From: Treponemataceae bacterium
GTDB taxonomy: Bacteria; Spirochaetota; Spirochaetia; Treponematales; Rectinemataceae
NCBI GenBank assembly: GCA_963677895.2
Contig: CAXXGJ010000038.1
Coordinates: forward strand, 224,001 to 288,000
Direction: 5' to 3'
Length of the DNA stretch: 64,000 bases
Made by a program: the position numbers and the translations under genes. Within the stretch, counting starts at the first letter, position 1, and every line of letters starts with the position of its first letter. This document shows positions 18,502-28,754 of the stretch, piece after piece. A model generated the notes under the pieces. That model saw only the letters and a list, made by a program, of their open reading frames with translations. It was not told the DNA's origin and made no database searches.

Positions 18502-19782
18502 TCATCTATAGCCCCACCATGCGACGTGGACGGCTTTATCCGACTTAAGAAGGGCGTAGACCTGTCCTGAGTCCGAAACCTTCAAAACCATTATTTCGGT
18601 CACATCCGCCGGTACGTCGAGCCTGTAGCGCTGCTGGACTTTTCCCTGCATATCGACGAGCTGAAGAATTCTGGCAGCGTGCGAGCTTTTTCCGCCCGCG
18701 CCTGTTCCGGTCATGACGGCTTGCCCATTTTCGCTTATTGCGGTGTCGGAAAGAAGATAATAGAGTCCCGAATGTTCTCCAATGAGTTCGGGAATGTCCG
18801 TATCGGGATTGCCGGGAACGAGGGCCAAGTTCTTCATGGCTTTCCCCGTGGAACCGTTCAGTATGAAGATCCAGGATCCGGCGAACTCGCCGCGGGATAT
18901 GACAAGGCTGGCTGGGTCGAAATACTCCCTGTAATAATCGATTTTCAGTGTAATTTCGAAGGAATCGGCGGTCGCGACTTCAAGAATCCCGTCCAGGTTG
19001 GCATGTATCCTGACTCCCTCATTCTCGCCCGCGGATTCGGCCAAGCTGCCGGGTACCGGAAGCGAAGAACGATTCAGCCTAAGGCTTGAGAGCAGGTTGC
19101 CTGATTTCCCGAAATGATGAACGAGCACAACCGTTTCCGAGGCAGATACCACCGCCACCGTACCATTTCCAAGGGCATCGACTCTCATGATCTGTGGGAA
19201 AGGAGATCCTCCGGGACCCTCCTGACCGATATATGGCAATTCCGATCCCTGCGCTCCAAACCTTCTGACGATCCTGTCGCAATACGAATCTGTCTGCGCG
19301 TCGAAAATGCGATCCGAGCTATTCGCTACCCTATCGACTACATAGATCGTCTGGTCCGCGTCCACGGCGATTTTTCCAGGCGCTTCGAACTTGATCGGCG
19401 CGGCGTAGCGCCCCGGGGCGTCGCTGACATTGTTCGCGGTTTCGTTTTCCAAAGCTTCGATGGGTTTGACGATCCTGGGCTCTGGCGACCTCGAAGGGTC
19501 GTACAGCAGAGCGAGAAGATCCCCGTACGATGAAAGTTTCAATACCTTACCGCTTGTTCCGTCGAGAAGGTGGAATATCCCTTCGCGCATCGTCAGATCG
19601 ATGCCGTTTTCGCCGCCGGACGAGATGTCGATCTGGTTTTCCGAAAGACCATAGCCGATGGAAAACAGGTCGCTTCGCACAATATTCCTGGCGTTTCGCG
19701 ACGGTTCGCAGGATATCAACATAATAACCAGAAGCGGAGCGCATAAAAAGCGTGACAAAGCGGGTTTCATCGCGATATCCAT
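18502..19782 (-). CDS. Hypothetical lipoprotein, possibly beta-propeller-like; start may be 19770
   Basis: Signal peptide with lipobox-like MLISC; beta-rich sequence with an NHL-like segment (GKIAVDADQTIYVVD); divergent from secA. Confidence 0.7.
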   Translation of the reverse strand: MDIAMKPALSRFLCAPLLVIMLISCEPSRNARNIVRSDLFSIGYGLSENQIDISSGGENGIDLTMREGIFHLLDGTSGKVLKLSSYGDLLALLYDPSRSPEPRIVKPIEALENETANNVSDAPGRYAAPIKFEAPGKIAVDADQTIYVVDRVANSSDRIFDAQTDSYCDRIVRRFGAQGSELPYIGQEGPGGSPFPQIMRVDALGNGTVAVVSASETVVLVHHFGKSGNLLSSLRLNRSSLPVPGSLAESAGENEGVRIHANLDGILEVATADSFEITLKIDYYREYFDPASLVISRGEFAGSWIFILNGSTGKAMKNLALVPGNPDTDIPELIGEHSGLYYLLSDTAISENGQAVMTGTGAGGKSSHAARILQLVDMQGKVQQRYRLDVPADVTEIMVLKVSDSGQVYALLKSDKAVHVAWWGYR

Positions 19783-19888
19783 CCTTACCCGCGGGAGCTG
19801 CGAATGTCAACGCCATTAGTATGGCGATGCCATTAGTATGGCGCCGGCGCGGAGCCTGAAGAGGCCATGGAAGATTATCCCTGCTTCC

Positions 19889-19917
19889 TTGACCCTTTCC
19901 CTGGCCGGAAGTATTCT
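19889..19917 (+). promoter_or_regulatory. secA promoter (leaderless-type)
   Basis: TTGACC-N17-TATTCT-N7-ATG with no Shine-Dalgarno. Confidence 0.65.
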
Positions 19918-19924
19918 TACAGCC

Positions 19925-22735
19925 ATGGCTATTAATCTTCTTACCGCATTCCTCGGCTCCAAGCGAGAGAGGGATGTTAAAACCCTGCTCCCGGTGCTTC
20001 ACACCATAAACGCGAAAGAATCCTGGGCTATAGCGCTCAAGGATGCCGACTTCCCCGCGCAGACTGAAACATTCAGGGCGCGGCTCGCTCAAGGCGAATC
20101 CCTGGACGCCCTTCTTCCGGAGGCTTTTGCCCTGGCGCGCGAAGCCGCCCGGAGGATTCTCGGGGAAAGGCCATTCGATGTCCAGATGATGGGCAGCCTC
20201 GTCCTCCATCAGGGCAAGATTGTGGAGATGAAGACCGGCGAAGGAAAAACGCTGTCCTCGGTGAGCGCCGCGTACGTCAACGCGATTGGCGGCAAGGGCG
20301 TCCATATCGTCACGGTCAACGATTACCTGGCCGAACGAGACAGCCAGTGGATGGGCAAGATATTCCAGTCTCTGGGATTGAGCGTCGGCTGCATCCTATC
20401 CAACATGGACAACGACGCCCGACGGAAGGCTTATGCCTGCGACATAACTTACGGAACGAACAACGAATTCGGATTCGATTACCTCCGCGACAATATGACC
20501 TGGACTCCCGAGTCGAGAGTCCAGCGAGGACATAATTATTGTATCGTCGACGAAATAGACTCCATCCTCATCGACGAGGCCAGAACGCCGCTCATTATTT
20601 CCGGTCCCGCCGAAGACGACACCTACAAGGTAAATGAGGTGAATCGTCTCGCGCTTTCCCTCACCGAAGTCACGAAGAATCCGGATACGGGGGAGTACCC
20701 CGACGAGGCGAATGGCGAAGTATCGGAAGGCGATTACAGGATCGACGAGAAATCGAAGCGCGTCATGTTCACGAGCCAGGGGCTGAACCATATCGAGGAA
20801 CTGCTCCAGAAGCGCGGCCTCATCAAGGGAAGCCTTTTCGAGGAAGGCAACTTCCAATTCGCACACTATTTTACGCAGTCCGTCCGCGCCCAGAGACTCT
20901 TCCAGAAAGATGTCGACTACGTCGTACAGGACGGTCTCGTCCAGATCGTCGACGAATTCACCGGACGCATTCTCCACGGCAGACGTTACTCCGACGGTCT
21001 CCATGAAGCCATCGAAGCCAGCGAAAGAATAAAAATCGCCAGACGAAACCGCACGCTTGCCACAATAACCTTTCAGAATTACTTCCGCATGTATGATAAA
21101 ATATGCGGAATGACCGGTACGGCCGACACGGAAGCGCCAGAGTTCAATAAAATATATAGTCTCGACGTGGTCGTCATCCCTTCGAACCGCCCTCTCGTGC
21201 GCGCCGACGAAGACGACCTTGTTTTCCTCAACGAAGCCGAGAAATTCGAGGCTATCAGCGAGGAAATCGAGAAAGCCCACAAGAAAGGCCAGCCCATCCT
21301 CGTGGGCACCGTTTCCATCGAGAAATCCGAGAAACTTTCTCAGCTTCTCGCACGCCGCGGCGTTCCGCACGAAGTGCTCAACGCCAAGAACCACGCGCGG
21401 GAGGCCCTCATCATCGCGGAGGCCGGCGCCAAGGGCTCCGTGACCATAGCGACGAACATGGCAGGCCGAGGAACCGATATTAAGTTGGGAGGCAATCCCG
21501 AGTTCAGGGCGCGACGGAAAGCCGGAACGTCAGCCACGGACGAAGAATTCGCCAAAATCATGGCCGGCGAGTATGAAACCTGGAAAAAGGACTTCGAGGA
21601 GGTTCGGAGCCTGGGCGGTTTGTGCGTCATAGGAACTGAGCGCCATGAATCGAGGCGAATCGACAACCAGCTGCGCGGAAGATCGGGCCGTCAGGGCGAT
21701 CCCGGCCGTTCAGCCTTCTTCATCTCCCTCGACGACGACCTCATGCGCCTTTTTGGAGGGGAAAACTTCAAGAACATGATGAGCAAGGTAGGCATGAAGC
21801 CTGGCGAGCCCATCTATCATCCCCTCCTCAATCGAACCATCGAGAGCGCCCAGAAAAAAGTCGAGGAGCGCAACTTCGAGATAAGGAAACATCTTCTCGA
21901 GTACGACGATGTGCTCAACAACCAGCGAGGTTTCATCTACGACCAGAGAAACGCCATTCTCAAGGATGAGGAGCTGCTCGACAGAGTGCGCACCAGCGCC
22001 GAAGAGATGCTCGCCTCCATGACTTCCGACGCCCTCGCGCGCCAGAAATCCGGCGATAAACTCGTCGCCTCGGAGCTTCCCCTCATCCTCCGCGACACCT
22101 TCGGCGTGACGATGACCGCCGCCGAGGTCGCTTCCCTCCTCTCCGCTTCCGTCGCCTCGGGGCAGAGTCCATCCTCCTCGACCTTCTACGGCAACGTCAG
22201 AGAGCGACTGCAGGCCGATCTGGACCAGAAGCTCGCGCTGGCAGGCCAAGCCAACCTGAACAACTTCATCCGCTATCAGTACCTGCAGGAGATCGACAAC
22301 AAGTGGCTGGACCATCTGGATACCATGGAAGGCCTGCGCGAAGCCGTCTATCTCCGATCCTACGCTCAGAAGAACCCCCTGCTCGAGTACAAGATCGAAG
22401 GGTCGGACATCTTCGAGCACCTCATCGACGACATCAGGCGGAATATCGCCTCGAGAGTCCTCAGGGTCCAGATCAGGGCGGAGGAAGAGCGCAAAATTCC
22501 AGCCAAGGAGCCCGTGGCCATGGCTCACCATGAAAGTTCAGGGCAGTTCACCGCTTCCGAGCCCCAGGCCGGCGGCCCCGAGCCTTCTTTCTCCAAGAGG
22601 CCTCAGGGTTCCCAGATTTCTGAAGCTTCGACGCCCGAGAATGTCACGGTCATGCGCAGCGGCGAAAAAGTAGGCCGCAACGATCCTTGTCCCTGCGGTT
22701 CGGGCAAGAAATACAAGCACTGCCACGGACGGTAA
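19925..22735 (+). CDS. secA: Preprotein translocase subunit SecA
   Basis: [38 protein letters not shown] and C-terminal SEC-C ([13 protein letters not shown]); start taken at MAINLL. Confidence 0.98.
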   Translation: MAINLLTAFLGSKRERDVKTLLPVLHTINAKESWAIALKDADFPAQTETFRARLAQGESLDALLPEAFALAREAARRILGERPFDVQMMGSLVLHQGKIVEMKTGEGKTLSSVSAAYVNAIGGKGVHIVTVNDYLAERDSQWMGKIFQSLGLSVGCILSNMDNDARRKAYACDITYGTNNEFGFDYLRDNMTWTPESRVQRGHNYCIVDEIDSILIDEARTPLIISGPAEDDTYKVNEVNRLALSLTEVTKNPDTGEYPDEANGEVSEGDYRIDEKSKRVMFTSQGLNHIEELLQKRGLIKGSLFEEGNFQFAHYFTQSVRAQRLFQKDVDYVVQDGLVQIVDEFTGRILHGRRYSDGLHEAIEASERIKIARRNRTLATITFQNYFRMYDKICGMTGTADTEAPEFNKIYSLDVVVIPSNRPLVRADEDDLVFLNEAEKFEAISEEIEKAHKKGQPILVGTVSIEKSEKLSQLLARRGVPHEVLNAKNHAREALIIAEAGAKGSVTIATNMAGRGTDIKLGGNPEFRARRKAGTSATDEEFAKIMAGEYETWKKDFEEVRSLGGLCVIGTERHESRRIDNQLRGRSGRQGDPGRSAFFISLDDDLMRLFGGENFKNMMSKVGMKPGEPIYHPLLNRTIESAQKKVEERNFEIRKHLLEYDDVLNNQRGFIYDQRNAILKDEELLDRVRTSAEEMLASMTSDALARQKSGDKLVASELPLILRDTFGVTMTAAEVASLLSASVASGQSPSSSTFYGNVRERLQADLDQKLALAGQANLNNFIRYQYLQEIDNKWLDHLDTMEGLREAVYLRSYAQKNPLLEYKIEGSDIFEHLIDDIRRNIASRVLRVQIRAEEERKIPAKEPVAMAHHESSGQFTASEPQAGGPEPSFSKRPQGSQISEASTPENVTVMRSGEKVGRNDPCPCGSGKKYKHCHGR

Positions 22736-22768
22736 AGGCAGGGCGCGCGGGACGCGCCAGGATGTAGA

Positions 22769-24307
22769 ATGTCGCTCAATTTCAAGGAAATCGATCTCGT
22801 GCTGTCCGAGCTGAAGCTGGTCGGCACGAGAATACAGAAGGTTCTGCAGCCATCCTACGATACGATCATTCTTGAAACCTTCGGAACGATAGAAGGCAGG
22901 CAGGATATTCTCATCAGCGTTTCATCCGGCGCCTGCAGGATACACGCGCTCTCCGAGCTGCCCGCCAAGAACGAACGCCCCCTGCGTTTCATGGAGTGCC
23001 TGAAGTCCCGCATCCGCGGTGCCAGAATCGAATCGGTGGAACAGCTCGCCTCGGACAGGATCGTGAAGTTTTCCCTCACCATGCCAGTGGACGAGGAAAC
23101 CGAACTATCGGAGCCTGAAAGGGCGGAGATGGGCAAGACTTCCAACGGCATACCGCGCGCTCCTTCGCGAAGCTACGTCATCTATGCCCGACTCTGGAGC
23201 GGCGCTGCCGGGAATATCTTCCTCGTCGACGAAAACAACCTCATCGTCGACGCTTTATTGAGGAAACCGGAAAAAGGCGAAAGCTCGGGTGAACTCTGCC
23301 TCATCGAATCGTCGCTGCAGGTTCCCGACGCCGATGAGATGGCCAGGAAGAACGCGAAATTCGCCGTCCGCGACCTGGAAGGCGATGGAAGTTTTTCGGA
23401 GCGCGTGGCGATCCATTATGGTAACAAGGCGGGCGAGCTATCGCTCGACAACATGCGGCTTCGCGCCAACGAGCGTTTTGAAAAGCGCATGCGCCTCATG
23501 GAAACGCGCGAAACCGAGCTCCAGCTTCTTCTCAAGGATTACGGCGACGCGGAACGCTACAAACAGATTGGCGACATCCTCATGGCGGGCGGGTTTGATT
23601 ATCAGCCGTCAAAAAACCCGCGCTCCGGATCGAGCGTTTTCATCGAAGCCCACGATTTCTATACGGAAAAGAACGTCTCAATACAGATAGATCCATCGCT
23701 TAGTAATGTAGAAAATGCCCGGAAGTACTATGAAAAATTCCGCAAGGCATCCTCGGGCCTGGAGGAAATAGGCAAGGAACTCGCCAGGCTGAATTATGAG
23801 CAGGAAGAGGCAAAGGCCTGGCTGACGAGGATGCAGGCCGAAACCGATCCCTTCGTCATCGCGAAGGCGCTGGAAAAAGCCGGAACGGTGCGCGAGCAGG
23901 CAATCCGCAAATATCCGTGCATCTGGCTGGAGTACAAGGGCTGGACCATGCTCGTCGGGAGGTCGGCCAAGGAAAACGACGAACTCCTGAGGCATCACGT
24001 ACGAGGCTCGGATCTCTGGCTTCACGCGCGCGATTATTCAGGTTCTTACGTATTCGTAAAGGCTCAGCGATCCAAAACCTTCCCTCTCGATATAATGCTG
24101 GACGCGGCCAATCTGGCGCTCTATTATTCTAAGGCGCGAAAGAACATGGAAGGCAATGTGTATTATACTCCTGCTAAATATTTGCGGCGCGTAAAGGATG
24201 GACCTAAGGGCTTGGTCATTCCCACCCTCGAAAAGAATCTTTTCATCCGTCTCGACGAGCTTCGCATCAAAGAATTACTGGCTTGTTCTTCGGGAGGAGA
24301 ATCATGA
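22769..24307 (+). CDS. rqcH: NFACT/RqcH (FbpA-like) ribosome quality-control protein
   Basis: NFACT-N region (QLASDRIV), coiled coil with ENARKYYEK, and NFACT-R region (GRSAKEND, DLWLHA). Confidence 0.85.
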   Translation: MSLNFKEIDLVLSELKLVGTRIQKVLQPSYDTIILETFGTIEGRQDILISVSSGACRIHALSELPAKNERPLRFMECLKSRIRGARIESVEQLASDRIVKFSLTMPVDEETELSEPERAEMGKTSNGIPRAPSRSYVIYARLWSGAAGNIFLVDENNLIVDALLRKPEKGESSGELCLIESSLQVPDADEMARKNAKFAVRDLEGDGSFSERVAIHYGNKAGELSLDNMRLRANERFEKRMRLMETRETELQLLLKDYGDAERYKQIGDILMAGGFDYQPSKNPRSGSSVFIEAHDFYTEKNVSIQIDPSLSNVENARKYYEKFRKASSGLEEIGKELARLNYEQEEAKAWLTRMQAETDPFVIAKALEKAGTVREQAIRKYPCIWLEYKGWTMLVGRSAKENDELLRHHVRGSDLWLHARDYSGSYVFVKAQRSKTFPLDIMLDAANLALYYSKARKNMEGNVYYTPAKYLRRVKDGPKGLVIPTLEKNLFIRLDELRIKELLACSSGGES

Positions 24308-25272
24308 CATCGTTTCGCAGAGTCTGGCCTGTACTGACGGCGGTATTGACGTTCGCGTCCGCGGCTGGGGCCTTTGCCCAGCCGGCTGCCGAAAAAATCC
24401 TCATTTCCATTCTCAAAGGACCGTCGGGAATAGGAAGCGCCTGGATGATGGCGCAGCCGCCTCAATCTTCCGGCATAGATCTCCAGTTCGTGACAGCCGC
24501 GAGCGCCGATCTTGTCGCGGCCAAGCTCATTTCGGGCGAAATCCAGGGCGGCGTACTGCCCGTGAACGTCGCCGCGAAACTTTTCAACGCGGGCGTCCCG
24601 GTAAAGGCTCTCGCCGTAGTCGGCAATGGCATGGTCAAGTTCCTCTCCATCGATCCCTCGATAAAGAGCCTATCCGATCTTAAAGGAAAGGAAGTCTATA
24701 TAGCGGGCCAAAAGGCAACGCCGGATTATCTCTTCCGCTTTCTCGCCGAAAAGGAAAACATGGAAGCGGGCAGGGATTTTACCGCCCTCTATAACCTCGC
24801 TAGCCCCGAGATGGCCGCCCAGCTCGCGGCCGGCAAAATATCCTGCGCCGTACTACCCGAGCCCTTCGCCACGCAAGCGATCATGCTGAATAAATCGATT
24901 AGCGCTCCCATCGACCTCGACGCGCTCTGGAAGGAAAAAACGGGACTTGAGAGCTACCCCATGTCTCTTTTCGTCGTTTCCAGGCGCTTGACCGAGACTC
25001 ATCCTGAATTAGTTCAGCGCATCGCCGAGGCCTATGAGGCTTCCATAAAAAAGACTCTTGCGGATCCAGCGGCCACAGGCAAGCTCGCGGAAGAGCTTGG
25101 ATTAGGCATGAAAGCGGCGATCGCTCAGGCGGCGATCCCCAAATCCGCCTATGTCTATTACTCCGCATCGGATGCCAGGGCAAGCATCGAGGCTCTGCTC
25201 TCCCTTTTCCTCGCCTCTGACCCCCAGTCCGTCGGCGGCAGGCTGCCCGGCGCGAACTTCTACGCTCTCTGA
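24304..25272 (+). CDS. ABC transporter substrate-binding protein, NitT/TauT family
   Basis: Signal peptide, KGPSGIG, SLSDLKGK and VLPEPF; GGAGG RBS before ATG 24304. Confidence 0.85.
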   Translation: MTSFRRVWPVLTAVLTFASAAGAFAQPAAEKILISILKGPSGIGSAWMMAQPPQSSGIDLQFVTAASADLVAAKLISGEIQGGVLPVNVAAKLFNAGVPVKALAVVGNGMVKFLSIDPSIKSLSDLKGKEVYIAGQKATPDYLFRFLAEKENMEAGRDFTALYNLASPEMAAQLAAGKISCAVLPEPFATQAIMLNKSISAPIDLDALWKEKTGLESYPMSLFVVSRRLTETHPELVQRIAEAYEASIKKTLADPAATGKLAEELGLGMKAAIAQAAIPKSAYVYYSASDARASIEALLSLFLASDPQSVGGRLPGANFYAL

Positions 25273-25287
25273 GCGGGATTTTAGCAG

Positions 25288-26094
25288 ATGAGAACGCCCA
25301 AGGTGTCATTGCCTGTAAAACAAAGCGAAAGAGGAAGGCTCTTTCGCCGCCTGGGCTTTGGTTTTCTTGGGATCGTCGCCGCGCTGCTCGTCTGGAAACT
25401 TATCTCCGTCGCGATCGGCTCCTCGATCATACTTCCGGGGCCTGAGGAAGTCGCCCAAAATCTCGGCGCGCTTCTTTTCTCATCCCGTCTTTGGCAAGCC
25501 ATTCTCGGCACGCTCGAACGCGTCCTCCTCTCATTCATTCTTTCCGTCCTTATAGGAGCGGCAACGGGAGCCGCGTCGGGACTGCATCCTTGGTTCAGCG
25601 ACTTCCTAGCTCCCCTCCTGACAACGATACGCGCAACACCAGTGCTGGCCCTCATCCTGATAGCCATGTTCTGGCTCCCTTCCTCCGGCGTGCCCGTTTT
25701 CTCCGCCTTTCTCATGGCCTACCCTATCATTCATACATCCACGTACGCGGGCATCGTTTCCATCGACAGGGAACTGCTGGAAATGGCCGACGTTTTCAAG
25801 GTCCCTCCATTGGTTCAGTTCTTCAGACTGAAGCTTCCCGCCGCTCGCGGTCACTTCCTATCCGGCACGAAGAATGCCCTGGGTCTTTGCTGGAAAGTCG
25901 TCGTGGCCGGAGAAGTGCTGAGCCAGCCTGCCTTCGCCCTCGGCACCGGCCTGCAGGACGCCAGACTTTCGCTCGAAACGGGAACCGTCCTGGCCTGGGC
26001 TGTCGTGACGGTATTCCTCTGCGGCATAAGCGAATTCCTGCTTGGCCTCGTGGCGAAACGTTTTGCCCTTCCTCAGGGAGGAAATGCGGAATGA
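25288..26094 (+). CDS. ABC transporter permease, NitT/TauT family
   Basis: ILPGP, EAA-like loop (ELLEMADVF) and WKVVVAGE. Confidence 0.9.
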   Translation: MRTPKVSLPVKQSERGRLFRRLGFGFLGIVAALLVWKLISVAIGSSIILPGPEEVAQNLGALLFSSRLWQAILGTLERVLLSFILSVLIGAATGAASGLHPWFSDFLAPLLTTIRATPVLALILIAMFWLPSSGVPVFSAFLMAYPIIHTSTYAGIVSIDRELLEMADVFKVPPLVQFFRLKLPAARGHFLSGTKNALGLCWKVVVAGEVLSQPAFALGTGLQDARLSLETGTVLAWAVVTVFLCGISEFLLGLVAKRFALPQGGNAE

Positions 26095-26804
26095 ACTCCT
26101 TTGAGCTGAGAGGAATAAAAAAAAGATTCGGCCCGCTCGAAGTCTTGGCGGGAATCGATGCCTCATTCAATGCTTCTTCGGTAACGGCCATTCTCGGTCC
26201 GTCGGGTTGCGGCAAAACAACGCTCCTTAATATCATTGCCGGAGTTCTTGATCCGGACGAAGGCTCCATGGCCGGATTCCCTTCCGCGAGCTTTTCCTAT
26301 TCTTTTCAGGAGCCGCGTCTTCTTCCCTGGCTCTCCTCCATGGATAACCTTCTATTCGCGCTTTCGGGACTGAACGATAAGGCTGTTGGCGCGGAAAGAG
26401 CCGCGCGATTCCTGAAAAGCGCGGGGCTTGAAGGTTTCGGAGATGCGAAACCCTTCGGATTGTCCGGGGGGATGAAACGCAGACTGTCCCTTGCCCGCGC
26501 CTTCGCCTACCCTTCCGACATCCTTCTTCTCGACGAGGCGTTTTCCTCGGTGGATCTCAAGCTGCGGATAGAGTTGATGGATTTGTTTTCCCTTCTATGG
26601 AGGGAGGAAAAAAGAACGGCGATATTCGTGACGCACGACATTCAGGACGCGCTCTATCTGGCCGATCAGATACTGGTCCTCTCTTCCCGCCCCTCGAAGG
26701 TGCTGGACAGGCTCGATGTCCCCATCTCCCGGGAAAGCCGTCGCTATGCCTCGAAGGAGCTTATCGAACTGGAAGAACGCCTTTACCGACAGATCCTCTC
26801 ATGA
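26091..26804 (+). CDS. ABC transporter ATP-binding protein, NitT/TauT family
   Basis: GPSGCGKT, FQEPRLLPW, LSGGM, LLDEAF and VTHD; start reassigned to MNSFEL. Confidence 0.93.
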   Translation: MNSFELRGIKKRFGPLEVLAGIDASFNASSVTAILGPSGCGKTTLLNIIAGVLDPDEGSMAGFPSASFSYSFQEPRLLPWLSSMDNLLFALSGLNDKAVGAERAARFLKSAGLEGFGDAKPFGLSGGMKRRLSLARAFAYPSDILLLDEAFSSVDLKLRIELMDLFSLLWREEKRTAIFVTHDIQDALYLADQILVLSSRPSKVLDRLDVPISRESRRYASKELIELEERLYRQILS

Positions 26805-26810
26805 CGCCTC

Positions 26811-28703
26811 TCATGAGGAAGCCTCCTCTCGTATAGCGGAGATGAATTCCCAGGGAGTAAAAGGCTTTTCGAGCAGTTTCGTTCCCTCGGGGAGCGCAAT
26901 GCTCGATCCGGTCCGGCCTGAAATGAAAACGCAGCGCAAAGGCTTCCCCGCCGAGAGTCTCGAGTAGAGATCCAATCCGTCCAAACCTGGCAAATTTATC
27001 TCGGCCACAAGGACTTCATAGTCATTCTGTTCCGCCTGAAGGATGGCTTCTCCCGCGTTTCTCGCGTAAATCACGGAGGCTCCCGCCTTGGAAAGCGTAT
27101 ATGAGAGGAATTCCAGCAGAGATTCATCGTCATCCACCAGCAGTATGCTCGGTTTTCCCTTCAATGTAAGATTCTGACTCTCTATTACCTGTTCCGAGAC
27201 ATGGCTGATCCCCAAGGGCTGGCTTTTGCCTTCCTCCGGGGTAGCGGGCAGCCAAAGCGTAAAGGTCGTACCCTTGCCGACTTCGCTTCGCAGGCTGATC
27301 GCCCCTCTGGTCTGGGCCGCGATGGAAGAAACGATGGCCAAGCCAAGTCCAGTTCCTTTGCCGGTTTCCTTCGTCGTGAAGAAGGGGTCGAATATCTTGC
27401 CGGCGAGTTCCGAGGAAATCCCGCTCCCGTTATCCGATACTTCTATCGTCGCGTAACCGCCGGGGGCAAGGAGGTAGGTTCCCTCCCTCGTCGCTTCTGC
27501 CAGTTTTTTTTCTTCCACGAGCACGCTCAATTTCGCTCCGGCCTTTCCTTCCAGGGCATCACGCGCGTTTACCACTAGATTGATGAGTGCCTGCTCGAGC
27601 TGTATGGGATCGGCATATACAATGAATTCGGAGGGCGGCAGGATTACCGAGAAAAGCACTGATTCGCCGACAAGTTTCCTCAATAGACCGGTAGCTTCCC
27701 TCACGATGGAGACAAGTCCCACGGGTTTTGGCGAATAAGGTTGCTTTCGGGAAAAGCCAAGTAACTGCCTCGTGAGTTGCGTCGCCCTATTAGCGGTCTT
27801 GACTATACCCTCCACATCCTCATATGCCGCATCCTGCGGCTTGATATCCAGTTTGAGCATCTCCGCGTGTCCGATGATGGCTGTCAGTATATTGTTGAAG
27901 TCATGGGCAATGCCGCCGGCCAGTCTTCCCATGGCGTCCATCTTCTGGGATTGCAGGAGTTCGTCGCGAAGCCTATGGGATTCGGTAAGATCGAAGAATT
28001 CCGAGGATATCAGCGTTTTGCCCGACCCTGATTCATCGAAGGCGGAAAAGGATGCCAGAATGGATAATTGTCGGCCGCCCGTATCGGTCATGGGAAAATC
28101 TTCGCCCAGAATCGTCGTACCGGCCAGAACCGAGTTCCTGACTCGATCCCAATCTTCCTTATCCCTGAAAAGGGAAGACAGCTCGGGCGCCGGGGCAGGA
28201 ATGGAGAATATTTTTGCGAATGAGGCATTCATCTCAAGGATCTTTCCGTCGGCGTCGGCGATGCATCGCGGAGACAGGCTAAGATCGAAGAGTTTTCTAT
28301 AGCGTTTTTCGCTGCAGAAGAGTCGCCTTTCCATTCCCGCCCGAAAAAGAGCTATCTCGGTCGTCCCCAGCAGCTCGCGCTCGGAAAAGGGTTTTACGAG
28401 AATGCCGAGCGGTTCGGCGTCTTTTGTCCCTGGCGAAATATCCGAATCAAGGAGAGCCGTGACAAGAACGCAAGGTATGCCCGCTTTTTTTCTGGAATCG
28501 AGAGCGACTTCCATCCCGGATACGGAACCTTCCAGCGCGAGGTCCACGAGAAGGAGATCATAACCTGGGTTCTTCGCCAATGCCTCCAGATATTCCCTTC
28601 CGTCGGCAAAAGGTCCAGCTATATCGTAGCCGGCGCGTTGGAGGGTTTTAGCGATATCGAGGGCTACCAGCGCCTCATGTTCCACTATCGCGATCAAGGA
28701 CAT
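26811..28703 (-). CDS. Hybrid sensor histidine kinase (REC-PAS-HisKA-HATPase-REC), soluble
   Basis: H-box AHDFNNIL, N-box [14 protein letters not shown] and [15 protein letters not shown]; receiver domains at both ends. Confidence 0.92.
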   Translation of the reverse strand: MSLIAIVEHEALVALDIAKTLQRAGYDIAGPFADGREYLEALAKNPGYDLLLVDLALEGSVSGMEVALDSRKKAGIPCVLVTALLDSDISPGTKDAEPLGILVKPFSERELLGTTEIALFRAGMERRLFCSEKRYRKLFDLSLSPRCIADADGKILEMNASFAKIFSIPAPAPELSSLFRDKEDWDRVRNSVLAGTTILGEDFPMTDTGGRQLSILASFSAFDESGSGKTLISSEFFDLTESHRLRDELLQSQKMDAMGRLAGGIAHDFNNILTAIIGHAEMLKLDIKPQDAAYEDVEGIVKTANRATQLTRQLLGFSRKQPYSPKPVGLVSIVREATGLLRKLVGESVLFSVILPPSEFIVYADPIQLEQALINLVVNARDALEGKAGAKLSVLVEEKKLAEATREGTYLLAPGGYATIEVSDNGSGISSELAGKIFDPFFTTKETGKGTGLGLAIVSSIAAQTRGAISLRSEVGKGTTFTLWLPATPEEGKSQPLGISHVSEQVIESQNLTLKGKPSILLVDDDESLLEFLSYTLSKAGASVIYARNAGEAILQAEQNDYEVLVAEINLPGLDGLDLYSRLSAGKPLRCVFISGRTGSSIALPEGTKLLEKPFTPWEFISAIREEASS

Positions 28704-28754
28704 CGACAATACCCCGCTCGGCAGTTGGATGCTGCCCAATTTCAGGCAATGATA

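Noticed and set aside
22742..22760. Small GGCGCG/CGCGCC hairpin after secA as a terminator
   Set aside because: Short stem with no U-tract, and the next gene starts within about 10 nt, so read-through is more likely.
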